Source: Eledone cirrhosa (taxonomy: Eukaryota). Taken from it: a stretch of DNA of 64,000 nucleotides. The stretch covers positions 187,488,001 to 187,552,000 of the forward strand of contig OZ024742.1 in NCBI GenBank assembly GCA_964016885.1. Reading direction: 5' to 3'. A program made the translations under genes and the position numbers. Position 1 is the stretch's first letter. The number at the start of each line of letters is the position of its first letter. The notes beneath the pieces are model-generated. The model had not been told where the DNA came from. It was given only the letters and a program-made list of their open reading frames with translations, and did no database searches. This document shows, one piece after another, positions 14,106 to 29,331 of this stretch.

Positions 14106-15387
14106 AAAAACAGTAATGATTGACAACATATCTTTCGCTATTTAGTTAAATTTCTTTATGCTTTATATTCAAATCAAACGACGTTAATTTTTTAGCATTC
14201 AGTCAAATGTTAAAGATAAAATATGTAGTATCGATGTATATGAATTGATTTACCTGAGTACGAGGTCCGATGTTATTGTTGCAATGTTAGTATGGAATAA
14301 TTTACACATAACAGAAAAACTGCATGAGGGACACCTCCTCTTCATTACAGGTGGAGAGGATACGGAGATCGTAATTTGTTTTATAGATAACAACAAAATA
14401 ATACAAATACCACCAAGTACCATTGTTAAGAGAACACAAATAATCTGACAACTTTCACAGACACAACACGAGTGTCTTCTTAAAACATAAATTGAGTATT
14501 CTCGTGTCTCGAATAATCGCTCCGCCTCCTCGTTTATTAATTTTTCTGATTTTTCCAAGCCTCCTCCCCGTTCATACCCCCCTCCAGGCTTATTAATTTT
14601 TCTGATTTTTCCAATTATACATGACAAAACGTATATTAGTAGAAAACCAGTACGTTATAAAATAAATAGGATAGGCTGAGTTCTCAATATGTAAACTAAA
14701 CGACTAATTCTGTTTTTTGCTTTTAATAAATGTAGATAACGTAGAAAACTTACCGATGTTTCACAGACTCCGCTTATCCCCCGCCATTATTTGTGGACCT
14801 GAGAGTATATTCCCAAGAGAGAAAGCCAATTTGTCTGTTTTGTGTGATGGAAGAGATAAACATTAATACTGGAAGATATTTTTAATGTTAAGGAAAACTT
14901 CTCATCCCAAACAAAGGTAAAACAACAAAACAAATATCTACTGTCATCATTGGCCGGAGAGAACAACGAAGATAAGGTAGACCAACATTAAACATACATT
15001 CCAGTAGATTGTTTGCCCCCCCCCCCCCCCCCCCCCCCCAATAAAAACAGATAACACTTGCAGCAAAAACTTTACAATTTATGCTGCTCAAAACTAAGCA
15101 ACGATAACATAACATAATTAGACGGTAAGAAATACACACAGAGTTCTTCCCTTTCTTACTCTCATCTGTTTTTCTCTTTATTTTTCTACTTCTCACTTTA
15201 TACGTCAATGACGGACTGACGTCCAAAATGCCAAGACAGCATTTGTTTTATCTTTAATAGTTCGCATAATATAAGAACACAATTTATTAATATAGGTAAG
15301 ATTGCTGTAGCCGATCGATTTGTGCGCATATGTATGTACACACACACACATACAAACACACACATATATATATACATATGTGTGTAC

Positions 15388-15418
<31 letters not shown>

Positions 15419-15469
15419 ATATATCTACATAGAGGCGCATATGGATCCATATGGCTATATATGTATATG

Positions 15470-15538
<69 letters not shown>

Positions 15539-15540
<2 letters not shown>

Positions 15541-16131
15541 GTATAAAAATCAATACAATATAATTACCTCATTACCAGAGGTTTCCCGAATGAGGCGAAT
15601 ACGAAAGAAACGTCTTCATTCGTTCGTCAGACGAGGCAATATAAAACATGGGTAAATACTTGGAAAGTCTCATCAAGAAAAGCAAAAAAAATATATAGAC
15701 AAATGAATTACAATATGAAATATATAAACATCTTTCAACAAATATAGTTAGGTGTGTGTATATGCATGTATATACGCTCACAGATGTGCATATATGTGTA
15801 TGCACAAATATATACGTATAGTGAAAAAGTGTGCGTAAATATATATTTTAGGGCAAATGTATCTGTGTGTCTGTAAACTACAGACAGAATAGATACATCT
15901 TTTTTTGCTTTCCTTGATGAGACTTTCCAAGTATTTACCCATGTTTTATATTGCCTCGTCTGACGAACGAATGAAGACGTTTCTTTCGCATTCGCCTCAT
16001 TCGGGAAACCTCTAGTAATGAGGTAATTATATTGTATTGATTTTTATACATAAAATTTTGCTCTGGTATTTAAATAGAGCACTCTTCACTTCTACGACCT
16101 TTTCTGTTTTCAACGGAAATTTCAATACTTA
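15539..16131 (+). mobile_element. PLE-derived foldback insertion (arms 15539-15690 / 15900-16051) with unpaired 3' tail
   Basis: Near-perfect ~150-bp inverted repeat with (TA)n on both sides and a hammerhead in each arm. Confidence 0.85.
15950..16027 (+). ncRNA. Type-I hammerhead ribozyme (mirror copy at 15563-15640, minus)
   Basis: Stem I attgcctcgt/atgaggtaat; CTGACGA 15960-15966; stem II cgaatga/tcattcg with an A.G mismatch at its base; GAAAC 16005-16009; GUA cleavage at 16017. Confidence 0.8.
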
Positions 16132-16610
16132 TATATATATATATATATATATGAAAATAAAAACAACTAAGTCAAGTTAGCCTATTTTACGGTACGGACC
16201 CTACCACTAAATGTAGACTACACTGAAAAAAATGTATATATATATATAAGAAAACGAGGAATAAGGTTTTTTTATTAAAAAAAAAAATGAGATATCCTAA
16301 AGTATAAGGAAAATAAAATGAAAATTCAACTGGAGTCTTTTAAGAATATATATTTATTTATTTTACCGGTTTCACAGTTCTTATGCTTTCAAAACTAAAA
16401 TTGAGATGGCGGCCTAGTTTTTTGTTGTGGATTGATGCGAGACAAACCACAACTCGATAATTTGCCAGATATAAGCAGCATTTAAAATCAAATTAAACAT
16501 TGCAGATAGCGATTTTAAGACACATTCGTTTACATACTAGCCAATGAACCATATCTTAATGTATGGAATAAACCATACCATGTGAATCTTCATTCATTAT
16601 TAATACTCCA

Positions 16611-16799
16611 GGACGGTGAATTGGCAGTATCGGTAAAGAGTAAGACATGCTTTCCAGCGTAGTTACGTCCCTTTACGACCTGTTTTCAAATCCCGCCGAA
16701 GTTAACTTTGCCTTTCATCCTTACGGGGTCGATAAAATAAAGTACCAGTAATGTACTGGGTAATTGCTGGCCTTGTGCCTAAAGTAGAAACAATTATTA
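16611..16799 (+). mobile_element. SINE family 1, full length with target-site duplication
   Basis: attattaatactccagga is repeated at 16596-16613 and 16793-16810. Confidence 0.9.
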
Positions 16800-16971
16800 A
16801 TACTCCAGGAACTGCTTACCTAGGAACTGTCAGAAATCGACACTCCGAAAGTCACAAATTGTTGAGTCAATCTACGCCGCAGGTTAAAATCCTCCACGGT
16901 ACAGATTACTCGTAACCTTTACTTGGATTGCTTTAGACGATACCTCGTTTATTTCGATATATATATATATA

Positions 16972-17823
<852 letters not shown>

Positions 17824-18186
17824 TCAGAGCAAACATCACGGACGCTCTATCTCAAAATTATTTTTGAAAAGCATTTAGAAATGCGCAACCGGTAAAACTT
17901 AAAACCAAAACTGAATACTAACCTATACAATTACTAATTCTCATTTATTCCTAATTAAACTACTTTTCACTGTGAACAATTTGTCAGCATTTTCTATTCC
18001 GTTTACCAATATATATATATATATATACACATAAATACATGTAGGAATACATAACATTCCCTTTGCGCAAACATTATCTACCCCAATACAGCTAATATAT
18101 TATAGTAGGGTCACATTCAGCTTTTATTCGAAGCGATACTATTGTGTTTTAATTGATATTGTTCTTCCTTTAAATTTATCTCAGTA

Positions 18187-18273
<87 letters not shown>

Positions 18274-18531
18274 TATAGAGATATATATAGATATCTGTCT
18301 GTAAATATTGGCAGAGATATCTCTTATAGGAGGACAAGATGGTTGTGCAGCGTTGGAGATATTCCTTATACATTCAATCGTCAATCTATGATGTATATAT
18401 CGTTTGAAACTGTTCTATAACTCATCGGGTGATTTATTATATAGATATACATCGCTGACATATAATCTATTAAGGCTATACCCGTTAGTTAAGATTCACA
18501 TACATAATAACATAATAGGTGCAAACACATA

Positions 18532-18562
<31 letters not shown>

Positions 18563-18576
18563 TATATACATATATG

Positions 18577-18630
<54 letters not shown>

Positions 18631-18726
18631 CATATATTTATATTCATATATATACACATAATTATATATGTACAAATATATATATATATATATATTTACA
18701 TATATATCTGCACACACACACACACA

Positions 18727-18837
<111 letters not shown>

Positions 18838-19291
18838 GTCTCTGTATGTGTGTATGTATTGTAGATTATTTTTTAGATTATATATCATAGTAAAGAGTAA
18901 TAAACAAGTATTTAACGGTTTATGTACATTTATAACTATATTATACGGGATGTTATGGCAAAGACGAAGCCATCATTGAGATAAATATAAAGCCACAGTG
19001 TAAGTATGGGTGTCTTGTGTATGTGTGTGTACAGTACTCATGTTCTATTCGTGCATAGATGAGTTAATGTCTGTTTAAGTGTGTGGTATTTTGTGTGCGT
19101 AAGTGTACCATTTTATATAATATCAGTAATGTTTACTTACATATGCGTGATATCTCATTACACTGTCCGCCCTTATATAGATGAAATCTAACTTAGTATA
19201 TTCTTCGTATGCGCTAAAACCATATCTTTTCAGATATCATACACACACACACATACTCCACTCTCTGTCTCCGACACACACACACACACAC

Positions 19292-19353
<62 letters not shown>

Positions 19354-19357
19354 TTAC

Positions 19358-19405
<48 letters not shown>

Positions 19406-19413
19406 GTGTTTAC

Positions 19414-19453
<40 letters not shown>

Positions 19454-21179
19454 ATAATAATAAATGTGAAGACTTAAATATTAATATATATATGTATATG
19501 TATATATATATACAGATGCACACTTATATGACATGCAACAAACGCGTTTAAACGCCAATTTCTCTGCAAAATGAGGACATATTCAAGGCAAGGTTTTACA
19601 CTGAGATGCCCTTCCTGGCGCCAAACATTTTATGATATACACCGATGGACTGTATTTATATGTAATCGGATGCACACACTGAAAATGCAAAAACACACGC
19701 ACACATGTATGCACACACCGTCTCACAAACACATGCACATACACATGAACCTTTTCTTTCCTCTCTCTCACACAAATACAGACACACAGAGACACACACA
19801 CACTCAAACACAGGCACCCCTCCACCATATATATATATATCAGTTTAAAAGTGACACAATGCAATACGGCATAAGGAAAGTGTTAGTAGTATGCTATTTG
19901 TAATATCTCTCAAAATGATCATATATATTATGTATAAGATATTTTAAAGTTAATTATTTCCTACTCTATTATTCAATGTAATGGTACCAAATGACACAAT
20001 CCACATTAATTTCTTTGTGTCTGCTTATGGTCTTGCTGATTTGTTAAATTACATTCTGATATAACCGATTGAAGTAATGCCAAACCTAGACCAATACTTA
20101 GCTAACACTTAAGCAGTCAGCAGTTTTAAATCAGACAAAATATTGGCAAAGCTGTTAGAACCACGGACGGAATTGTTTCCTGTATTCGTTCCGCTTCTCT
20201 ACACCCTGCGTTTAAATACTGTTCAGTTTATATATCCCTTTAATCCAGTCAAGCTCCACAAATAAGAAACCAATCCAAATACTGTCTACCTTTTTCATTT
20301 CTGTCTTGCTTATTCTATCACAGTTTCTATGCAAGGAAATGGTTGTAATTAAAACTAGAGAGGAATGGACTCCGCCCTGAATATATATATTACAACGATA
20401 TAACTCCATTTCCAGCAGGTGGTAAGATTATCTGAATGAATGAATACAAGGAATTGTTAATAATAAACAATATTGTTTCGCTTAACAAAACAATACGTGT
20501 GCTGCCATAAATGGCGATGGGCATATAGTTATACATACATTTCCTATTCAAACACCATCAAATACGATATTGTTTCCCAACATTCAAGGCTATATAAACT
20601 ACACACCACTTATGTTACTACAATCAACTAAATATATATATACGCCCCCCCCCCAACCTTTCACACGCACACACTAAAATATTTGTAACTTTGTACCAAT
20701 GTGCCAAAGATAAGAAACATTATTTATGGTTGGTAATTTCGTATTTAGTATTAGAAATGCCAGCTTGTATAATTAAAAATACGAAACATTATGTTTAATG
20801 GCGTTGAAACTCAAAATTCATCATCATCCTCATTACTACCACCATCGCCACCACCACCATCATCATCATCATTATCGTCAAAACATTACAATAGTTAACT
20901 AAATAAATATATATTTCTTCTGAATTTATTGCGCCAATATAGCCAAGATAGAAAACACTATTTATGATTGCTAACTTAGTATTAAAAACAGAGTCTGGAG
21001 AATTGAAGGAAAGATTATAATATTGTTTTATATGTAAACATATCAAGACCTTATCTGAAATTATGTTGAAGATCAAATTCGATCTGTTATATTTCTGATA
21101 ATATATCCACAAGGAAGCTGTTCAGAAAATCGCTCTAAATATTTTGCACAGGTTTCCAGAGACGTAGGCTAATAAATCA

Positions 21180-21270
<91 letters not shown>

Positions 21271-21377
21271 TGTATGTTTTAAACTCCTGATGAACCGGGG
21301 ATTTTGCAATGCATAGAGTTTCTCTCACCTTACCAATGATAATAGTGAAGTACTCCATTATAATCACTATCCCCCCG

Positions 21378-21425
<48 letters not shown>

Positions 21426-21907
21426 AGTAATATGTCTGTAAGTATGGGGGATATTGCTGCAGGTATCCGGTCGTGGCTGCTTTTACGTTTGTGTCTCGTT
21501 CACACAAAGTGTTCGATAAAATATTGAAGAGACTGGAAGAAATATGATGAGTAAAATCTGAGAATAAATCATAACCTAAAAGAAAGTGAGCGTGCAATCG
21601 ATAGTTCAAATCACGATTGATACAAAGATGTTATACAATACACTGAAAAGACATCTCTAGTATCTTAGATAGTGAAGTATTGGGATTTACTGTTTCAGTG
21701 TTATATTGTTTGTAGTCCGTTAACTGCAGGACGGCCGTTATACAATCACTAATTTTTGGCAAACATATCGACCATATTGATTACATCACTCTATACATGA
21801 CTACAAAGTTACAGCATAACAACGGAAGATAAAAACTGACACAACTTGTCTAAATAAACACACAAACACACACAGACAAACACAAATATATATATATATA
21901 TTTACAT

Positions 21908-21948
<41 letters not shown>

Positions 21949-21950
<2 letters not shown>

Positions 21951-23962
21951 GATGGCTGCCCCCTCGTTATCGAGTATGGCCATTGCACAAGGAAAAAACG
22001 CATAATAATAACAATAATAATAATAATTGTTTCTACATTAGGCACAAGGCCAGCAATTACTCAGTCCATACTGGTACTTTATTTTATGGACCCTGTAAGG
22101 ATGAAAGGCAAAGTTGATCTCGGCGGGATTTGAACTCAGAATGGAAAAGGCCATAACTCTATGCGTCAATGCATGGTGTTTGACCCTCTACCGATACTGC
22201 CAATCCACCGCCCTAACAATAATAATGCTTTCTTTATTAACCACAATAATAATAATAACAACAATAATAACGACAACAACAATAATAATATACATACATA
22301 TATATATATATATACACAAGCACACACATAAACATATCCACACACACACAGGATAGCACTTAACAGCGCTGCGATTGAATGTGGCTTTTTCAGCCCAGCC
22401 AATGATCTAAAATGTCTTGCAGAGTTGGCAACCAACACATTCACTGGGAATAGTCGGCTGTGGTTGGATTTCATGTAATTGTGCATGTCGTTTGAGCCCT
22501 CCTGCTGATTTACATTCTCTACCACATGCTTGGTAAGCATGATGAGTAGCATCTCCAACAGCAGCCTGGTAGTCAACCACTGGTCTTACTTTATGACTGC
22601 GAAGATAACTTTCGAATCCAGCTTTGCTTAGGCAGAGTCTCGCACAGACGCTGCATGTCAGCACCATAGGAGGCCCCTCGCCGTCTAGAAGTGCAACAGC
22701 AATTCCCTTCCTCACATCCTGCTTTACTTTCTCGTATGCGATTCGCGATGCCTCAAAGGCTACTTTCCCCTTATATACAGTCTTTCGCCATTTATTACGA
22801 TCAGCAGCAACATTTTCCCATGTATCAGCAGAGGTGTTAGCATCTTTCAAAGAGGTTTTCAAGGAATCATTATGCCTTTTTTGGGGTTTATGTGGCGGTC
22901 GTTTTCCTTTAACTAACTCTCCATAAAAGAGTTGTTTTGGTATTCTAGAATCCTTCATCCTGGCAAGGTGACCACTCCAACAGAGTCGTTGCTTCAGCAC
23001 AAGAGCTTCTATACTGTCTCACAGGGAGCTTTCCAAAATTTCGACATCACTAATGTGGTCCCTCCAATGAACGCCATTGATCCGTCTGAGACACATCTGA
23101 TGGAAACGCTCTAATTGCTTAATGTGGTGTCGATATGTGACCTAGGCTCGTAGGCATAAAGAAGAGAGCACACATGCCTTGTACACATTTACCTTTGTCT
23201 TCTTGCATATGTCTCGCCGACCCTAGAGTCGCCTTTCTAGCTTTCCGAAAGCATCATTTGCTTTCCTAATCCTGAGTGGGATTTAATTATCAATGCTGTA
23301 TCGATTGACAGTGCTTCCCAGGTAGACAAACTGAACAACCACTCCAAGTTGTTTACCATACACATAGATATTTGGTTCACTGTACTGCTTACCAGGGGCA
23401 GGTTGGTACATGACGACGGTTTTCTTGAGACTGACAGTCAACCTCAGCCAGTGCAAGCATCAGAAAATGCATTGAAAATGTGTTGCATATCACTCTCTGT
23501 GTGCCGTGCAAGATCGCAATCATCGGCATACAATAGGTCTCTTATCATTGATGTAAATCCTTTTGTTTTTGCAGCAAAGCGCCTGATGTTAAATATGCTG
23601 CCTGAGGTTCAATATTGGATGTAAACACCATGCTCGCAATTCCTGAATGCAATATAGAAAACCATTGCAAAGTATATGGAAAACAGGGTCGGTGCTGGAA
23701 TATGCCCCTGTTTCACTCCATTTTTTACTAAGATAGGGTCCGACATGTTACCTCCCGCATTAACCCAAGCCTTCATGTCGTCATGGAAAGGCCTAACTAA
23801 AGCAAAGAACTTATCAGTGCAGCCAAGTTTCTGGAGAACCTTCCATAATGCATTTCTGTTAATAGTATCGAAATCTTTTGTCAGATCGACAAAAACCTGA
23901 TACAAATCCAAACCTTGTTCCATGAACTTATCCTGGAGCTGTCTAGTTGAGAAGATCATATG
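21949..23962 (-). mobile_element. RTE-BovB-like LINE, 5'-truncated and degenerate, interrupted by a SINE and microsatellite near its 3' end
   Basis: ORF 23609-: MIFSTRQLQDK...FVDLTKDFDTINR...GVKQGHIPAPTLFSIYF (RT). ORF 22407-23000: WSGHLARMKDSRIPKQLFYGEL plus C2H2-like fingers. Probable 3' tail at 21949-21990. Confidence 0.85.
22018..22213 (-). mobile_element. SINE family 1
   Basis: Full head-to-tail match to the other copies. Confidence 0.85.
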
Positions 23963-23965
23963 TAT

Positions 23966-24025
<60 letters not shown>

Positions 24026-24108
24026 ACACACACACACACGTACGCACACACGCACACACGCACACACGCACTCACGCACACACACACGCACACATATATA
24101 TATATATT

Positions 24109-24189
<81 letters not shown>

Positions 24190-24191
<2 letters not shown>

Positions 24192-25148
24192 GAATAAAGT
24201 TAGCCCTTCATCAGTGATCTTCCAACCATCATTGGTATTTCATCGCTTTAAAGACCATATACCTCCGGTTGGTGCGAGCAACGGCTAAAAAATGTCGTTG
24301 GGACACGTAAATAAAGGGGACACGAGTGTAAACAACTAAAAATGGTGAAGCAACGAAAAGTGAGGAAGAAGGAGTCAAGTCCCAAATTTCTATGAATTTA
24401 AATTCGGTGAAATCGGGAACGAGAGAGAATAAAGACCATCAAACCTGGTTGGAATGTGAGCAAGGAAGGAATTCCATACAGGTCTAACGGGAGAAAGAAG
24501 GGATCTAGTCTGTGAATTCGGTGAACGTAAGTTCTGTGAAATCGTAGACGAGAGAAAAAAAGCGACCTGCCAGACCAAGAGTGCGAAAGAAAAGAATTAC
24601 GCACATGTCAAACGGGAAGAAGGAGGAAGAGGAGAGGTAGTAACAGAGAATGAGTGAGTGAAGGGTGAGGAAGAGGCTAACAGAGAGAGTGACTGCTAGA
24701 GAGGGTAAATATACAGAGAAAGAGGAAGCAGTAAGAACGAAATAGACGGGTAACAGCGGGGAAAAATATGTGTAAATATGAGAATAAACGTGCTGCGGGG
24801 TTGCTAATGCGTTACATATGAATAAAGTTAGTCCTTCATCAGTGATTTTCCAACCATTATTGGTATATCATCGCTTTAAAGACCATATACCTCCGGTTGG
24901 TGCGAGCAACGGCTAAAAAATGCCGTTGGGACACGTAAATAAAGGGGACACGAGTGTAAACAAACAAAAATGGTGAAGCAACGAAAAGTGAGGAAGAAGG
25001 AGTCAAGTCCCAAATTTCTATGAATTTAAATTCGGTGAAATCGTGAACGAGAGAGAATAAAGACCATCAAACCTGGTTGGAATGTGAGCAAGGAAGGAAT
25101 TCCGTACAGGTCTAACGGGAGAAAGAAGGGATCTAGTCTGTGAATTCG
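24190..25148 (-). mobile_element. Partial-tandem non-coding element: 331-bp direct repeats (24190-24520, 24818-25148), 628-bp period, hammerhead-like core
   Basis: Near-identical direct repeats. CTGATGA lies on the minus strand at 24208-24214 and 24836-24842, while the GAAAC half is decayed. The left end joins (TA)n. Confidence 0.7.
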
Positions 25149-25247
25149 ATATAGTCATTTAATTAAAGTAAATTGTAAGTCTTGTTATTAAGGATGTTCG
25201 CATGTTTAAGACAGGGTTATCAGACAAGAACATATTTATATGCATAA

Positions 25248-25369
<122 letters not shown>

Positions 25370-25843
25370 ATGCGTGCGTGTGCGAATGTGTGTGTGAGGG
25401 GGTGAGTTTGTGAATGTCATGGACTCTATTCACTTGGTGGAGTTCATCCCTTCATCAGGTCAGAAAATAACTGAGAACAAGAATGGGATTGAAAAAGAGA
25501 TAAAACAATTTCAATAAATTTCAGTTATGGACTAATACTTTCTTATCAACCACGAAAGGATGAAAAGCAAAAGAACATCGTATAAATATATATAAAATAC
25601 TCATGGATATAAATATTTTTAAAGCCTTGTATTGAACTTCCCAAATGAAGAGCACCATAATTGCCGTTCCTGATTTGTTAACCGTCTTCATTGGGGCTAA
25701 CACCACTTGTATACTAAGACGATAGTAAGCTAAAATCTTATAGTATTTATGTTTATGATCGCCGAGAGAGGAAACTTATTTGCATACGGAGCAAAGGTTG
25801 GCGGGCTCCAACTAATGTGAGGTATTAATGGTCTCACATGGGA

Positions 25844-26069
<226 letters not shown>

Positions 26070-26364
26070 ATAGTTTACTTGAAGCATTGCATATAGTATA
26101 AAGAATTCGAAGTTTGAAAGCAATGACAATGCAGGTTTGGATGGCGAATAGTTAAATCGTAAGAAACAGGGCTTGTCGGATGGTATAGCAGGCTACATCG
26201 GACACTGGAATAGTTCCTTTATTATTTCCCTCGGAAGAAGATATATTAATCTCGAAATATCAGGACATACGAATAAATTAATGTAAAAAAACAAACCCTT
26301 TTCCTACGATTTAATTATTCTCCGCACAAACCTGCATTGTCGTGGCTTTCAAACCTCTGAATTC

Positions 26365-26402
<38 letters not shown>

Positions 26403-26408
26403 CATATG

Positions 26409-26456
<48 letters not shown>

Positions 26457-26457
26457 G

Positions 26458-27030
26458 TAATAATAATAAATGTAACGACTCAAATCCGAAGGGGGCTCGA
26501 TAAGGATTATATATATATAAAAATATATAAAAACCGTAGAGCAAATATTTATTAAAATAACAGATTAATTTTAAGCAAAGAATCGCTGCTTTCAACCTTA
26601 ACAGGATCTTCTGAAACGAAAAAACGTCAATCTGTGGACGCAGAAGTAAATATTTCGAAAAACGTAGCAACCGAAGGAAAACAGAAAGACGATACTTTGG
26701 TTCGTGAAGACGTTCCCTGGCAATGAACGGGAAAAAAGCGAGGATAATTACGCCGTTATGTGGAGCAATGCGAACAGTTACACGCAAAGACAAACAAATA
26801 GAACCACATTTATGGCATAAATGGACTCATTAGACTAATATTCTATTTAGGAAACCGAATGGTTCTCAGCTCCGGAGTTTAAGAATAATGTAAATAAATT
26901 TGTTGAACGAAAATAACAGAGGTTCAATAAATTTATTTACATTATTCTTAAACTCCGGAGCTGAGAACCATTCGGTTTCCTAAATAGAATATTAGTCTAA
27001 TGACTCCATTTATACCATACATGTGGGGTT
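26458..27030 (-). mobile_element. 3' UTR fragment of the PLE family at 48853-51650, with a 105-bp foldback (26804-26908 / 26922-27026)
   Basis: Homologous to 48853-49330 (tttattaaaataacagatta...aagcaaagaatcgctgctttc...). Near-perfect palindrome with a 13-nt loop. Confidence 0.85.
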
Positions 27031-27289
27031 TTTTTTGTTAAGTTCTTCATTTAGACGTACTTGGAACACTCATCGTCGAAACAATCGGAGGTCCATTCCA
27101 CTTTCACACAAACCAAACGATAAAATCCCCTTTACTGTTAAGCTACGTTATCGAATTAATTTGGTTTAACGTGAGAACCCATTACATCTTTACTGATGTT
27201 TATGCTATACAGATCTCTGTAAATCACCTATACCTGTTATTACAGCTCAAGCTTCTTAACTTTGTAGCGTCTTCAATATGTAAAGACAT

Positions 27290-27735
27290 AGCTAATATCG
27301 TTATAGTTGTCATCATCATCATCATCTTCCTCTCCTGCATTACTATCAATACCGTCGTCGGCACTATTATCACTGTTATCTAAATAATCGTACACATTGT
27401 CGTCATCGTCAATGTAATCCCCTTCTTCTTCTGCCTCGTCCTCCTCCTCATGATCATCATCCTCATCCCCTCCCGCCCCCTCCTCCTCCACCACCTTTTC
27501 CCACCACCAGAACCATCAACACCACCACCAGAACCACCACCACTACCACCACCACCACCATCACCACCATCATCACCATCATCATAAACTTCATCATAAT
27601 CATAATCATCATAATTTTTATGATCATAATCATCATAATTATTGTCCACATTCACGCCTCCAATAGCACCACCAACATCTACAGCCCAACCAACATCATC
27701 CTAATTATCATCATCACCACCACCACCACCCCTAC
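27290..27735. repeat. (CAT)/(CAC)/(CTC) low-complexity region
   Basis: Direct reading. Confidence 0.85.
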
Positions 27736-28271
27736 AATAACTCCAATATTCACCGTTGCAACACTTACCATAATGGCTGCTTTTGTTCTGTATATGGGCT
27801 CTTGATTATATATTAAATAACATATTCTACAACATACACGGACTATTATTAAGTTCGATCAGCCAAGAGTCTTGGCCAACATGGAGACCTAGAAAAGCAT
27901 TAATCAACTTTTAAGTTGAGTCAGTAATATCAGTGTTGGAAATAAAAAGATTTACGTATTTTATAGCACTTTATATCGTATCATTTCCTGATCTCACATA
28001 TCTTCTTCGCAGATACGGCATGTTTTCATTGTTATAACCACAAATTATCTCCAACACACAAAAAATAGTATTAACAAATGTGCATATTATTTAAAGCATA
28101 GCATGTATACACTGCAACGATGTACTTATAAATCATATGTTTATGTATGTATAAATGTATATCTATCTATATATCTATTTATTTATTAATCAATCTATCT
28201 ATCTACACCCCCCACACCGACTCACCCACACATACCCCCCCCCCATATATATATATATGTATATATATATA

Positions 28272-28659
28272 CAATATATTAATAAATGGAAACTATATTT
28301 ATAAAACCATAATTATTTTATTATATATATTTCAAGGACAACCAAGGTAATCTTGGTGCGCTTTCATCAGATAAAATACAAGATTTGTTTCATAAATATT
28401 GGCATAACCGTGGAAAGACAACCTTGACGGTTATGTCAATATTTATAAAACAAATCTTGTATTTTATCTGATGAAAGCGTACCAAGAATGCCTTGGTTGT
28501 CATTGAAATATATATAATAAAATAATTATGGTTTTATGAATATAGTTTCCATTTATTAATATATTGAATATTTATTCCAGTATACTGTTGAGTGCTTTAT
28601 GTAAGTTATAAACTTTTAAGCTTGTTGGAATCCCAACAAATTAAATATAACTTCTCTCT
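28272..28659 (+). mobile_element. PLE-derived foldback (140-bp arms 28272-28411 / 28427-28566) plus 3' tail
   Basis: Inverted repeat with a 15-nt loop, (TA)n flanks and a hammerhead in both arms. Confidence 0.85.
28460..28524 (+). ncRNA. Minimal type-I hammerhead ribozyme (mirror copy at 28314-28378, minus)
   Basis: Stem I tattttat/ataaaata; CTGATGA 28468-28474; stem II with accaag/cttggt; GAAA 28505-28508; TATATA stem III; AUA cleavage at 28516. Confidence 0.8.
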
Positions 28660-28670
28660 ATATATATATT

Positions 28671-28757
<87 letters not shown>

Positions 28758-28761
<4 letters not shown>

Positions 28762-28950
28762 TTAATATAGATGAGATTCTACAGGACTAGAACTGTTTCA
28801 TTCATTAGAAATCATCAGGAAACCTGATGATTTCTAATGAATGAAACAGCTCTAGTCCTGTAGAATCTCATCTATATTAAAACTTTTATACTCTGCTATG
28901 TATTGAGTACCTTACTTACTGTGGTTACCTCCGACCAACCCGGAATAACG
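28758..28950 (+). mobile_element. PLE-derived foldback (~62-bp arms, 3-nt loop at 28820-28822) with hammerhead core and tail
   Basis: ...atcatcagg-aaa-cctgatgatttctaatgaatgaaacagctctagtcctgtagaatctc. Stem III is ACAG/CTGT with GUA cleavage at 28862. The 5' strand of stem I is lost at the inversion point. Confidence 0.85.
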
Positions 28951-28967
28951 TATATATATATATATAT

Positions 28968-29003
<36 letters not shown>

Positions 29004-29005
29004 AT

Positions 29006-29050
<45 letters not shown>

Positions 29051-29249
29051 CTTTATGTAGTAATTTATTTCACATTTTGAATATATTTCATTTGTGAGTG
29101 CATTATATGTGCATATAACCATATATCCATATGTGTGTGTGTGAGAGTGAGTTTATGTATACATACATATATGCAAACATATACATACATTACCTTATGT
29201 ATTACTTTATTTCATATTTTGAATATATCATTTGTTATGTATGCATACA

Positions 29250-29331
<82 letters not shown>

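Noticed and set aside
20324-20421. Exon-like block with strong acceptor and GTAAGA donor
   Set aside because: Stops in all three frames and no supporting evidence for a non-coding exon.
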